Below are positions 27,494 to 37,588 of a DNA stretch of 64,000 nucleotides, piece by piece. The translations under genes and the position numbers were made by a program. The DNA lies in contig CALXQV010000043.1 in NCBI GenBank assembly GCA_944390535.1, positions 7,056-71,055 of the forward strand. Reading direction: 5' to 3'. Every line of letters starts with the position of its first letter. Within the stretch, counting starts at the first letter, position 1. The notes beneath the pieces are model-generated. The model ran no database searches, was not told where the DNA came from, and saw nothing but the letters and a program-made list of their open reading frames with translations. The DNA comes from an uncultured Clostridia bacterium (GTDB lineage: Bacteria > Bacillota > Clostridia > TANB77 > CAG-508).

Positions 27494-28501
27494 TTATTTT
27501 TTATATAAATATTCTTGTGGATTTACCGTTTCTCCATTGACTCTAATTTCCAAATGTAAATGTGGTCCTGTTGAATTACCTGTTGAACCAACTGCTGCTA
27601 TCACATCTCCAGCTTTCACTGTGTCTCCTTTCTTTACATACATTTTACTTGTGTGTGCATACCAAGTTTCTACACCATTTCCATGATCTACTTTTACTAG
27701 ATATCCATAAGATCCACTGTATTCTGCACTAATAACTGTACCATCTGCTACAACTTTTATGTCTGTACCAGTTACTGCTGAAATATCTAAACCTGTATGT
27801 GTAGATTTTCTAATAGAACTACTTACCCCATATCTAGAAGTAATCTTTCCTTGAATTGGCGTTACAGCTAATTTAATACCATTAATGCTTGGTAACGCAT
27901 TCCATTTTTTCTCTTCTTCTTTTTGTTGTTCTATCTCTTCTATGGTACTTTGCACTGTTTCTTCCACATTTACTTTTGCTACTTCTAAATCTGATGTATC
28001 AACTTCTTCTACATTTTGTGTATATTTTTCTACAACACTTAAATTAATTTCTCCACTATCATTTTCTTTTTTAATTTCATTTACTAATTCTTCTGCCTCT
28101 TCACTTGTATTTACCTTTTCAACAACGGTTTCTTGTACAGCTATTTCATAATATTTATACGTAACCGTTATTTCATCTTTTAACTCTTCTACAAATGTTT
28201 CCTCCTCTGTATTTTCTGTTCTACTTATTAACTTTAACTCATATTCTGGTTGTTCCTTTAGCGTAATACCTTCCACTGTTTTATTGGTATTTTCTGTGAT
28301 TTCTTGTTTTAATGCTTCTTCTAAAGCTTGTTTATTATCTACATAACCAATTTCTTCACCAGAAATACTTACTTTATACATTGGTTTATATTTTATTAAA
28401 ATTATCGCGATAATAATCCCCAAAGCAATCATCGTTATGTTAAAAAATTTTAGAAGTTCTTTTGTATAAAATTTTAGTTTCTTGTTTAAAATAAACTTCA
28501 C
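27494..28501 (-). CDS. M23 family metallopeptidase (LytM-type peptidoglycan endopeptidase), membrane anchored
   Basis: 335 aa. HTGLDI ... GSTGNSTGPHLHLEI motifs and an N-terminal TM helix. Confidence 0.85.
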   Translation of the reverse strand: MKFILNKKLKFYTKELLKFFNITMIALGIIIAIILIKYKPMYKVSISGEEIGYVDNKQALEEALKQEITENTNKTVEGITLKEQPEYELKLISRTENTEEETFVEELKDEITVTYKYYEIAVQETVVEKVNTSEEAEELVNEIKKENDSGEINLSVVEKYTQNVEEVDTSDLEVAKVNVEETVQSTIEEIEQQKEEEKKWNALPSINGIKLAVTPIQGKITSRYGVSSSIRKSTHTGLDISAVTGTDIKVVADGTVISAEYSGSYGYLVKVDHGNGVETWYAHTSKMYVKKGDTVKAGDVIAAVGSTGNSTGPHLHLEIRVNGETVNPQEYLYKK

Positions 28502-28733
28502 TCTCCTTTATATTTTTTACGCGACTAATCTATATTATACTATATATTTTGGCTTTTTTCAAACTTTGTATACATAATCCTGGATAAAAAAGCAAAATTA
28601 TTCAGAATTTCTTTAATTCTTACCTGCTTATTCATATTTTTTCTCACAAAATCTCTTTTTTACTAATTTTTTCTTCATTTTACATATACTCCCACATTAT
28701 ATATCTCTATTTTCAGCTTTTAATCGGAAATCC

Positions 28734-28762
28734 TTGACTTTTTTCATATATTATTATATAGT
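28734..28762 (+). promoter_or_regulatory. candidate sigma-A promoter of the XRE regulator gene
   Basis: TTGACT (28734-28739), 17-nt spacer, TATAGT (28757-28762). Confidence 0.45.
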
Positions 28763-28835
28763 ATTTCCGTAGACTATATGGTAAACATATACTTTGTATT
28801 TGTTTGGAATTAAAAAAATTAGGAAGGTGATATAT

Positions 28836-29165
28836 ATGGCTTTAGATTATAATATTATTGGTCAAAGAATTAAACAAGCAAGGCTTGCTAAAAATTATAC
28901 ACAAGAAGAATTATCTGAAAAAATAGATGTTTCTGTTGCATTTTTAAGTAGAGTTGAAAGAGGTAATTCTCATATTAATTTAAAAAGATTAACACAAATT
29001 TGCAATTTGCTAGATGTTACAGAAGGATATATTCTAAGCGGTACTTCTAGTGATTCAGAAAATTATCTATCTAAAGAATTCTCTGACCTTCTAAGTAGCT
29101 GTCCTGCACATAAACAAAGATTAATTTATAAAATCGCTAAAGACATTGCAGAATCTGATGTTTAA
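28836..29165 (+). CDS. XRE-family helix-turn-helix transcriptional regulator
   Basis: 109 aa from the ATG preceded by AGGAAGG. HTH_3 pattern IGQRIKQARLAKNYTQEELSEKIDVSVAFLSRVERG. Confidence 0.8.
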   Translation: MALDYNIIGQRIKQARLAKNYTQEELSEKIDVSVAFLSRVERGNSHINLKRLTQICNLLDVTEGYILSGTSSDSENYLSKEFSDLLSSCPAHKQRLIYKIAKDIAESDV

Positions 29166-29196
29166 AACCAATATTTAAAAATATTGGTTTTTTGTT
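29166..29196 (+). terminator. intrinsic terminator after the XRE gene
   Basis: AACCAATATTT / AAATATTGGTT stem followed by TTTTTG. Confidence 0.6.
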
Positions 29197-29381
29197 GCAT
29201 TTACAACAGATTTTTTTACATTTTATTCATATGATACATTTAATCAATATATGAATAATGGAATTTATCTATTATCTTTATACCAAAGATACTGTATTTA
29301 TCATTACTTGAATCATACCATCATTATTTTTCTTAAAATCGACATTTTTTTACAAGTTTATAAAATTATTTTGATTTTCAA

Positions 29382-29410
29382 TTGATTATATTTCATACAT
29401 GTGGTATTAT
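29382..29410 (+). promoter_or_regulatory. candidate extended -10 promoter for pflB
   Basis: TTGATT (29382-29387), 17-nt spacer, TGgTATTAT (29402-29410), ~105 nt upstream of the pflB ATG. Confidence 0.4.
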
Positions 29411-29521
29411 ATTATGTGGTCAAAAAGATAATAATAAAAAAAGAAAGATAAAATGAATGTATTGATAATGATTATTCATTATATTCTATTTTATTCTTAA
29501 ATAAGGAGGTTTTTTAATATT

Positions 29522-31759
29522 ATGAAATTTGAGCAATGGAATGGATTTGAAAAAGGTGATTGGCAAAATGAAATTAATGTAAGAAACTTTATTAAAAAAA
29601 ATTATACACCTTATGAAGGAGATGCTACTTTTTTAGCTGGACCTACAAATAAAACAAAAAAATTGTGGGACGAGGTATTAGAACTTTATAAAAAAGAAAA
29701 AGCTTCTAAAGGTAGTGTACTAGATATAGACACCAAAACAGTTTCAGATGTCAATGCACATAACCCTGGATACATTGATAAAGATTTGGAAGAAATCGTA
29801 GGGCTTCAAACAGATGCTCCTTTGAAAAGAGCCATTATGCCTTATGGAGGAATTCGTATTGTTGAAAAGGCTTGTGAAGCTTATGACAAAAAAGTAGATG
29901 AAGAAGTTGAAAACATTTTCCATCATTATAGAAAAACACATAATGATGGTGTATTTAGTGTTTACACGCCAGACATCAGAGCTGCTAGAAGTTCTCACCT
30001 TATTACTGGTTTACCTGATGGATATGGTAGAGGAAGAATTATCGGTGATTATAGAAGAGTTGCACTTTATGGTGTTGATGTGTTAATTGAAGAAAAGAAA
30101 AAAGACTTAGATATGTTAGATGTTGATTGTTTAACTGAAGAAGTCATTCGTGAAAGAGAAGAAATTAGCGAACAAATTAAAGCATTAAATGATTTAAAAG
30201 CAATGGCTGCAAAATATGGTTTTGATATTTCTAAACCTGCCAATAACAGTAAAGAAGCTGTTCAATGGTTATATTTTGGATATTTAGGATCTATAAAATC
30301 CCAAGATGGTGCTGCGATGAGTCTTGGTAGAACTTCTACTTTCTTAGATATTTATTTTGAAAGAGATTTAGCAAATGGAAGTATTACAGAAGAAGAAGTG
30401 CAAGAAATTATGGACCATTTCGTTATGAAATTAAGATTGGTTCGTTTCTTAAGAACACCTGAATACAATGCCTTATTTAGTGGAGATCCTGTATGGGTAA
30501 CAGAAAGTATTGGCGGTATGGGAATTGATGGAAGAACTTTAGTTACTAAAAACTCTTTTAGAATTCTTCATACTTTAGAAAATTTAGGACCAGCTCCAGA
30601 ACCAAACTTAACAGTTTTATGGTCTGTAAATTTACCAGATGGATTTAAAAGATATACATCAGATTTATCTATTAAAACATCTTCTATTCAGTATGAAAGT
30701 GATGATTTAATGAGAATCACCTTAGGAGATGATTATGGAATTGCTTGTTGTGTTTCTCCTATGAAAATCGGTAAACAAATGCAATTCTTTGGAGCAAGAG
30801 CAAATTTAGCAAAAACTTTATTATATGCTATCAATGGTGGTAGAGATGAAATCTCTGGAAAACAAATCACACCAAAATTTGCTCCAATTACATCAGAATA
30901 TTTAGACTATGATGAAGTCATGGAAAAATTCAAACAAATGATGGATTATGTAGCAAAAATTTATATCAAAGCATTAAATGCCATTCATTATATGCATGAT
31001 AAATATTGTTATGAAGCAATTGAAATGGCACTTCATGATAAAGATATATTAAGAACAATGGCTTGTGGTATCGCTGGTTTATCTGTTGTTGCTGATTCTC
31101 TTTCTGCTATTAAACATGCAAAAGTAAAAGTTATCAGAGATGAAACTGGACTTGCTACTGATTTTGAAGTAGAAGGAGATTTCCCTAAATTTGGTAATGA
31201 TGATGAAAGAGTCGATCGTATTGCAGTTGATATTGTTAAAACTTTTATGAATAAATTAAGAAGATATCCAACTTATAGAAATTCTAAACACACTTTATCT
31301 ATTCTTACAATCACTTCAAATGTGGTTTATGGAAAGGCTACAGGAAATACACCTGATGGAAGAAGAATGGGGTCTCCATTCGGACCTGGTGCTAATCCAC
31401 TACATGGAAGAGATACCAATGGTGCTTTAGCTGTTATGAACTCTATTGCAAAATTACCATTTGATTCTGCTGAAGATGGAATTTCTTATACCTTCTCTAT
31501 CACACCTAAAACATTAGGAAAAGATGAAGATACAAGAATTACTAACTTAGTAAATATGCTAGATGGTTATTTTAAACAAACAGGTCATCACATTAATGTC
31601 AACGTTTTTGATAGAAGTTTATTAGAAGATGCTATGGAGCATCCAGAAAATTATCCTCAATTAACGATTAGAGTTTCTGGATATGCTGTAAACTTTACAA
31701 AATTAACAAGAGAACAACAATTAGATGTTATTAATAGAACAATTCATGAAAGAATTTAA
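29522..31759 (+). CDS. pflB: formate C-acetyltransferase (pyruvate formate-lyase)
   Basis: 745 aa. Active-site CC (GIACCVSP) and glycyl-radical motif RVSGYAV near the C-terminus. Confidence 0.95.
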   Translation: MKFEQWNGFEKGDWQNEINVRNFIKKNYTPYEGDATFLAGPTNKTKKLWDEVLELYKKEKASKGSVLDIDTKTVSDVNAHNPGYIDKDLEEIVGLQTDAPLKRAIMPYGGIRIVEKACEAYDKKVDEEVENIFHHYRKTHNDGVFSVYTPDIRAARSSHLITGLPDGYGRGRIIGDYRRVALYGVDVLIEEKKKDLDMLDVDCLTEEVIREREEISEQIKALNDLKAMAAKYGFDISKPANNSKEAVQWLYFGYLGSIKSQDGAAMSLGRTSTFLDIYFERDLANGSITEEEVQEIMDHFVMKLRLVRFLRTPEYNALFSGDPVWVTESIGGMGIDGRTLVTKNSFRILHTLENLGPAPEPNLTVLWSVNLPDGFKRYTSDLSIKTSSIQYESDDLMRITLGDDYGIACCVSPMKIGKQMQFFGARANLAKTLLYAINGGRDEISGKQITPKFAPITSEYLDYDEVMEKFKQMMDYVAKIYIKALNAIHYMHDKYCYEAIEMALHDKDILRTMACGIAGLSVVADSLSAIKHAKVKVIRDETGLATDFEVEGDFPKFGNDDERVDRIAVDIVKTFMNKLRRYPTYRNSKHTLSILTITSNVVYGKATGNTPDGRRMGSPFGPGANPLHGRDTNGALAVMNSIAKLPFDSAEDGISYTFSITPKTLGKDEDTRITNLVNMLDGYFKQTGHHINVNVFDRSLLEDAMEHPENYPQLTIRVSGYAVNFTKLTREQQLDVINRTIHERI

Positions 31760-31890
31760 GATTTAAAGGGATTAAAGAAAAATTCTTTAATCCCTATTTT
31801 TATGGTAAAGGTTAAAGTATTTTTATGAAAATACTATTCTTTAACAAAAACTTTTTGTTTTATTAGCATAGGTTAAATAAAGGAGCTATT

Positions 31891-32646
31891 ATGGAAAATA
31901 ATAAAAACTCTCAAAATAATGAAAAAGATATAAGATATTATGCAAAAGTACATTCAATAGAGACCTTTGGTGCAGTTGATGGTCCAGGAATTCGCTTTGT
32001 ATTATTTCTTCAAGGATGTCATTTACAATGTAAATATTGCCACAATCGTGACACTTGGGATATGAAAGAAGGAACATATCAATCTGTTGATGATATTTAT
32101 AAAATGATTTTAAAATACAAAAATTACATTACCCCAAATGGTGGTGTTACTGTTTCTGGTGGAGAACCTTTATTACAAGTCAAATTTTTAATAGAATTAT
32201 TTACAAAGTTAAAAAAGAAAAAAATTCACACTTGTATTGATACCTCAGGAATGGTAGCATTAACAGAAGATGTCAAGCAGTTACTAGGTCTAACTGATTT
32301 AGTTTTATTAGATATTAAACATATTGATAGTGGAAAGTGTAAAAATTTAGTAGGATTTGATAACAAATTAGAATTAGAATTTGCAAAATACTTAAGTGAC
32401 AATCATATACCAATATGGATTAGACAAGTATTAGTTCCTGGCTATACAGATGATGAAAAAGATTTACGAACATTAAAAAAATTTATTTCTACTTTAGATA
32501 CAGTTCAAAAAATAGAAATTTTGCCATATCACAGTATTGGTAAATATAAATGGACAAAATTAGGATTGAAATATGATTTAGAAACCATTACAGATGCTAC
32601 GAGTGATGATGTAAAACGTGCAAAAGCAATTTTAGGAATTAGCTAA
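31891..32646 (+). CDS. pflA: pyruvate formate-lyase activating enzyme (radical SAM)
   Basis: 251 aa. Contains the radical-SAM CxxxCxxC cluster motif (CHLQCKYCHN) and the GGVTVSGGEP motif. Lies immediately downstream of pflB. Confidence 0.95.
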   Translation: MENNKNSQNNEKDIRYYAKVHSIETFGAVDGPGIRFVLFLQGCHLQCKYCHNRDTWDMKEGTYQSVDDIYKMILKYKNYITPNGGVTVSGGEPLLQVKFLIELFTKLKKKKIHTCIDTSGMVALTEDVKQLLGLTDLVLLDIKHIDSGKCKNLVGFDNKLELEFAKYLSDNHIPIWIRQVLVPGYTDDEKDLRTLKKFISTLDTVQKIEILPYHSIGKYKWTKLGLKYDLETITDATSDDVKRAKAILGIS

Positions 32647-32755
32647 AAGGGAATTTGGGGACGGACTCATTTTTCCCTTTTTTATATTCTATATTTTTTG
32701 AATTTTTACTGATATCAAAAAAGGGAAAAATGAGTCCGTCCCCAAATTCCCTTTT
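32645..32755. terminator. perfect 39-bp-arm palindrome between convergent genes (back-to-back terminators)
   Basis: AAAAGGGAATTTGGGGACGGACTCATTTTTCCCTTTTTT (32645-32683) and its exact reverse complement (32717-32755). Each arm alone folds as AAAGGGA..TCCCTTT followed by a T run. Confidence 0.75.
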
Positions 32756-32757
32756 TG

Positions 32758-33693
32758 TTACATTCCTAACAATTTTAATTCAACATTTTCCATTTTGTAT
32801 TTTCCTTGAACTAGCTTAAATTCTACTAACGTGTCTTCTAATGTTTCTTTATTTTGTCTTAAATCTGTTGTAAAATATAACTTGATTTGTGAAATTTCTA
32901 GATTATTTTTTACAATTTCTTTAAATGTCTCTGCCATATGTTTTTCATCTTCACATATTAAAATTAATTGTGGCATTGCGACAAACCCTGAGTCTCCTAG
33001 CACATAGTTTTCATAGAATTCTTTATATAGTCTCATTCTTTCTACAAGTTTTTTCTCCCAATCTGGCTCTCTTCTGATAACTTCAAAAACAAATTGAATT
33101 GATTTTTTATTCTTTGTAAGTTTTACTGCCCCACCACTTGCTTTAAATAGCTTTCCTGAAATTTTGGCCGTGATGGCTGGTTTTACGATATAACTATCAA
33201 ATGCTTTTACTTTTCTTAAATATGCAATTAATGTTTGGTTTCCAGCTAGTCTCTTTTTTATCATTGGTACGGGTTTTGTATTATCAGATGGTTGCCACTT
33301 ACAATCAATTTCTTTAGAGTTTAATAAATATTTTCCCATCTTTTCTAAACAATAAATTCTATAGATTCCTTTACCTTCATCAGAAGTAAAGTAATATCTT
33401 GTTAATATTTTAGATTTTACTAGTTGGTCTAGTTTGTTATTTAATTTATCTTGTGACTTAGGGTCAATTCCTTTGATTTCTAGCATTTGATACAATTGTC
33501 TTGATGTGATAAATTCAAATTCATTCACTAAGTCTAAAATTGCAAAATGGATTTCATTGATATGTCCTATATTAATCTTATGTACGATTTGGTTCATTGA
33601 CACATATCCATCTTTTCCGTCGAAAGTTTTAATTTCACCTTCTCTAATAGCAAATGGAGATACTTGTGCCTTGATTTCATTATCTTTTACCAT
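32758..33693 (-). CDS. hypothetical protein, possible winged-helix N-terminal region (weak resemblance to replication-relaxation family)
   Basis: Start set at the ATG preceded by AGGAGGGA (MVKDNEIK). The motif AILDLVNEFEFITSRQLYQML resembles the wHTH of PF13814-type proteins. This is a low-confidence product call. Confidence 0.55.
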   Translation of the reverse strand: MVKDNEIKAQVSPFAIREGEIKTFDGKDGYVSMNQIVHKINIGHINEIHFAILDLVNEFEFITSRQLYQMLEIKGIDPKSQDKLNNKLDQLVKSKILTRYYFTSDEGKGIYRIYCLEKMGKYLLNSKEIDCKWQPSDNTKPVPMIKKRLAGNQTLIAYLRKVKAFDSYIVKPAITAKISGKLFKASGGAVKLTKNKKSIQFVFEVIRREPDWEKKLVERMRLYKEFYENYVLGDSGFVAMPQLILICEDEKHMAETFKEIVKNNLEISQIKLYFTTDLRQNKETLEDTLVEFKLVQGKYKMENVELKLLGM

Positions 33694-33748
33694 TTTTATT
33701 TTCCCTCCTATAAATTTAGAATTATCTATATTTTTTATAATAAACCAC

Positions 33749-34546
33749 TTATTGTTCAATTAACAATTTTACTTTTTTCTTTTCTTTATCTATTTTTTTG
33801 ATATATACATCTACTTTTTGCCCATATTGATATCCTTCTTCATATTCTGCCATTCCCACTAAGTTTGGTGTTAATTCGATAAAAATACCATTTTTATTTT
33901 TTTCTGTTTCTCGAATAATTCCTCGTACTTTCATTCCAGAAGTGAAATTTTTAATGTTTTCTTCCCATGTTCCTAAGGTCTCTTTATATGACAAACTAAC
34001 TTTTCCTGTATATCTATCTATACATTTTACCACAACATTTACTTTTTGTCCAATTTTTAGCCTTTCATAGGGTGTTTTGATTCTCGCTACAGATAAATCT
34101 TCTATATGTGCTAGTCCAACAACACCGCCTCCAATTTCAATAAATGCTCCATATGGTCTAATATTTTTTACAATTCCTGTAACATTTTCACCAACTTGCA
34201 TATCTTTTTTTATATATTGCAGAGTTTCTTGTTGAACACTTTTTCTAGATAGAAATACTGTATTAGCATTTTCAATGTTTTCTATTTTAAATTGTACATA
34301 TTTATGCACTTTTCCTGTACATAATCTTTCATCTGGCAAGCCATCTTGACTATTTTCTACTTCACTTCTTGGGATAATTCCCTCTATGTTATTCCCTAAT
34401 TCAATATGTAAGTTATATTTTTCATCACAGCTTTTTACAATTCCTTGAATGGTTTTATTTTCTTGTTGATATTTTTGTATCTTTTGTAAGTTTAGATTTT
34501 CTATCTCTTCATTCCAACCTTCTGGCACAAATCGAAATGTATTCAT
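33749..34546 (-). CDS. S1 RNA-binding domain protein (three S1-like repeats)
   Basis: 265 aa. Central canonical S1 motif GENVTGIVKNIRPYGAFIEIGGGVVGLAHIEDL. Confidence 0.8.
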   Translation of the reverse strand: MNTFRFVPEGWNEEIENLNLQKIQKYQQENKTIQGIVKSCDEKYNLHIELGNNIEGIIPRSEVENSQDGLPDERLCTGKVHKYVQFKIENIENANTVFLSRKSVQQETLQYIKKDMQVGENVTGIVKNIRPYGAFIEIGGGVVGLAHIEDLSVARIKTPYERLKIGQKVNVVVKCIDRYTGKVSLSYKETLGTWEENIKNFTSGMKVRGIIRETEKNKNGIFIELTPNLVGMAEYEEGYQYGQKVDVYIKKIDKEKKKVKLLIEQ

Positions 34547-34770
34547 TTGTTTTCTCCTTCATCTTATGTGTTTTAGCATATTATATAGTTTATTAAAAAT
34601 TTTTTCAATGTTTTTTTATGACTTTATCAAAATAATACAATTATTTGATACTTTTTGCTTATTTAACTCTATTTCTGAACTACTAATATCTCAATATATA
34701 AATCTTTTTCAAAATACATTTTAACATTATATCATTTATATATCATCTTGAATATATGTAGATATATCTT

Positions 34771-35268
34771 TTAATCAAAATATGTACTAATCTCTTCTAG
34801 TCCTTCAAAATCTTTTTGTCTACAAATATCATATACAACAATTGAGACAGAATTTGATAAATTTAAAGAACGTAAAGTTGGTCTCATAGGAATTCGAATC
34901 GTTTTATCTATATATTTTTGTAACACATCTTCTGGCAATCCTTTTGTTTCTTTTCCAAATAACACAAAAATTTCTTCCATATTTTTAAAATTAGGTTCAG
35001 AATATACATGTTTTCCCTTTGTGGTTACAAAAAACATATGATGATTTTCTGGTTGATATGTTTTTAAGAATTCTTTAAAAGATATATGCTCCTCGATATC
35101 TAACTTGTCCCAATAATCTAATCCTGCTCTTTTGACAGCTTTTTCTGAAATGCTAAATCCTAAAGGATGTACCAAATGTAGTTTAGCACCAATTGCTGCG
35201 CAGGTTCTTGCAATATTTCCTGTATTTTGTGGTATTTCTGGTTCTACTAATACAACATGTAATTTCAT
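34771..35268 (-). CDS. trmL: tRNA (cytidine/uridine-34-2'-O)-methyltransferase, SPOUT family
   Basis: 165 aa. NTGNIARTCAA and LNLSNSVSIVVYD motifs. Confidence 0.85.
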   Translation of the reverse strand: MKLHVVLVEPEIPQNTGNIARTCAAIGAKLHLVHPLGFSISEKAVKRAGLDYWDKLDIEEHISFKEFLKTYQPENHHMFFVTTKGKHVYSEPNFKNMEEIFVLFGKETKGLPEDVLQKYIDKTIRIPMRPTLRSLNLSNSVSIVVYDICRQKDFEGLEEISTYFD

Positions 35269-35411
35269 TTTTCATTACTCCCTTTATGTTTTCTTGGATA
35301 CGCCAAAAAGAGGTCTTATTTCATTTTGGATATACAAATTTCTTGGTTAAATCGTTATTTTTCTCTTAGGTCTGTCCCTTTTGGACAATTTTTGTCCATT
35401 TTGGCATGTCC

Positions 35412-36227
35412 CTAACGTATCAATTTTTGCCTTACATATTCATATAATATAACACCTGTTGCAACAGAAGCATTTAAACTTTCTGTTTTTCCAAGCATAG
35501 GTATTTTTACTTTTTTATCTGCTATGTTTTGTATTTTTTCTTCTACTCCATTTGCTTCATTTCCTATCACAATTACTTTTTTCTTGTAATCAATATCATA
35601 AATACTATTATCTGTTTGTAATGATGTTACAACAATTTGGAATTTATGTTTTTTGATTTGTTTCAATGTCTTTTCTAAATCTTCACATTCGATAATTTTG
35701 ACCCTAAATATGGCTCCCATTGTTGAACGTACTACTTTTGGATTATAGCTATCTGCTGTTCCTTTTGATACTAAGATTTGGTTGATTCCTATACTATCCA
35801 CTGTTCTTAAAATGGTTCCTAAGTTTCCTGGGTCTTGAATATCATCTAGTGCAACAATGATATCTTGTGTAGCATCAATTTCCTGCATTTCAGCACCTGC
35901 AACCATTGATTTGGTTGCATTTTTTTCTACAATGGCTAATATCCCTTGTGGATTGGTTACATCTGTTAAACTTTCAAATAATTTGCTTGTTACATAAACA
36001 CATTCTTGTTTGGCAATTTCATACATAAGGTCTTTTGGGATATTTGATGTTTTTTCACAATCATCACAAATTACCACTTGCTTGATATTTGCTTTTTCAT
36101 TGATGGCTTCTTCTATAATCTTAATACCTTCAATGATATATTCATTATTTAAATCTCTATATTTTTTATCTTTTAATTTTTTAATGTGTTTGATAAATTC
36201 ATTATCTTTACTTGATATTACTTGCAT
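35412..36227 (-). CDS. TrmH-family RNA 2'-O-methyltransferase (RlmB-like)
   Basis: 271 aa. SPOUT motifs DPGNLGTILRT, VIGNEANG and SLNASVATGVILYE. Confidence 0.85.
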   Translation of the reverse strand: MQVISSKDNEFIKHIKKLKDKKYRDLNNEYIIEGIKIIEEAINEKANIKQVVICDDCEKTSNIPKDLMYEIAKQECVYVTSKLFESLTDVTNPQGILAIVEKNATKSMVAGAEMQEIDATQDIIVALDDIQDPGNLGTILRTVDSIGINQILVSKGTADSYNPKVVRSTMGAIFRVKIIECEDLEKTLKQIKKHKFQIVVTSLQTDNSIYDIDYKKKVIVIGNEANGVEEKIQNIADKKVKIPMLGKTESLNASVATGVILYEYVRQKLIR

Positions 36228-36288
36228 AAATGCCTCCAGTTTTATCTATACATATATCATTTCCATTTTGACAAATTTTATGATATTT

Positions 36289-37407
36289 CTATTTCATTTT
36301 TATTAATTCATATTCAGAACTTCCCAAGCCAATTTTTTCTCCATGTTCAATTTGACTTTCCCAATTTGTATCAGGGTGATTGATATGAAAATGGTCATGT
36401 CCTTCCACTTGTTTATCCATATTTTCTCCTAATGCACTATTATGAAATACCTCTTGCTTGTTAACTAAATCTGCACAAGCTTTGTCTAATGCTACCATAT
36501 CAAATGAAGCTAACATACCAATATTAGGAACAATCGGTGCATCATTTTCTGCATGACAATCACAGTTTGGTGAAACATCACAAATTAAACTAATATGAAA
36601 TTGTGGTCTATCTTTTACAACAGCTAATGCATATTCTGCCATCTTTTTATTTAAAATATCTGCTGATTCGTCATTTGGTGATTTAATCGCATCAAAATTA
36701 CAGATTCCGATACATCTACCACATCCCACACATTTATTATGATCTATCACTGCTTTCCCCTCTTCATTATATGAAATCGCACCATGTGCACAAATTTTAA
36801 TACATTGTTTACACTTCTTGCATTTTTCTAAAATGACTTCTGGTTTTCCACTACTATGCATCTCCATTTTTCCAGCTCTTGAACCACAACCCATTCCAAT
36901 GTTTTTAATTGCTCCACCAAAACCTGCTCCTTCATGTCCTTTGAAATGGTTTAAAGATATGACAATATCCGCATCCATAATGGCTCTTCCAATTTTTGCA
37001 GATGTTACATATTCTCCATCAATATCTACATAAGTTTCATCTGTTCCTTTCAGACCATCTGCAATTATCACATGACAACCTGTTGAAAATGGACTAAACC
37101 CATTCACATATGCTGCCTCCAAATGGTCTAGTGCATTTTTTCTTCCCCCAACATATAAGGTATTGCAGTCTGTTAAAAATGGCTTTCCTCCTAGTTCTTT
37201 TACTACATCTGCCACCACTTTTGCATAATTTGGTCTTAAATATGCTAAGTTTCCTGGTTCTCCAAAATGAATTTTGATAGCAACATATTTATTTTTAAAA
37301 TCAATATTTTCAATTCCTGCTTTTTTCATTAATTTTTCTAATTTTTGTAATAAGTTATATCCTGGTCTTGCTCTAAAGTCTGTAAAATATACTTTTGATT
37401 TTTCCAT
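36289..37407 (-). CDS. DUF362 domain protein with 2x[4Fe-4S] ferredoxin insert
   Basis: Start at the ATG preceded by GAAGGAA (MEKSKVYFTDF). Cys clusters CKKCKQCIKIC and CVGCGRCIGIC. Confidence 0.8.
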   Translation of the reverse strand: MEKSKVYFTDFRARPGYNLLQKLEKLMKKAGIENIDFKNKYVAIKIHFGEPGNLAYLRPNYAKVVADVVKELGGKPFLTDCNTLYVGGRKNALDHLEAAYVNGFSPFSTGCHVIIADGLKGTDETYVDIDGEYVTSAKIGRAIMDADIVISLNHFKGHEGAGFGGAIKNIGMGCGSRAGKMEMHSSGKPEVILEKCKKCKQCIKICAHGAISYNEEGKAVIDHNKCVGCGRCIGICNFDAIKSPNDESADILNKKMAEYALAVVKDRPQFHISLICDVSPNCDCHAENDAPIVPNIGMLASFDMVALDKACADLVNKQEVFHNSALGENMDKQVEGHDHFHINHPDTNWESQIEHGEKIGLGSSEYELIKMK

Positions 37408-37588
37408 ATAAATTCCTTCTTTCATATACTTAGTACTTAATATGTTTAGTAGAAATGTAGTATAAATTAATTCTTTATAATGCAAAAACAATCATACACT
37501 AATTTCTATTTGTATGATTGTATTTTATAACTTTTTTTGCATTTTAGCAATATTTTTCTTATATATATTATTTCATATATATTAGATT

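Noticed and set aside
32758-33693. Integrated plasmid or ICE remnant, based on the replication-relaxation-like protein
   Set aside because: It is a single weak motif match. No relaxase, integrase, T4SS or replication genes are present, and the flanks are housekeeping genes.
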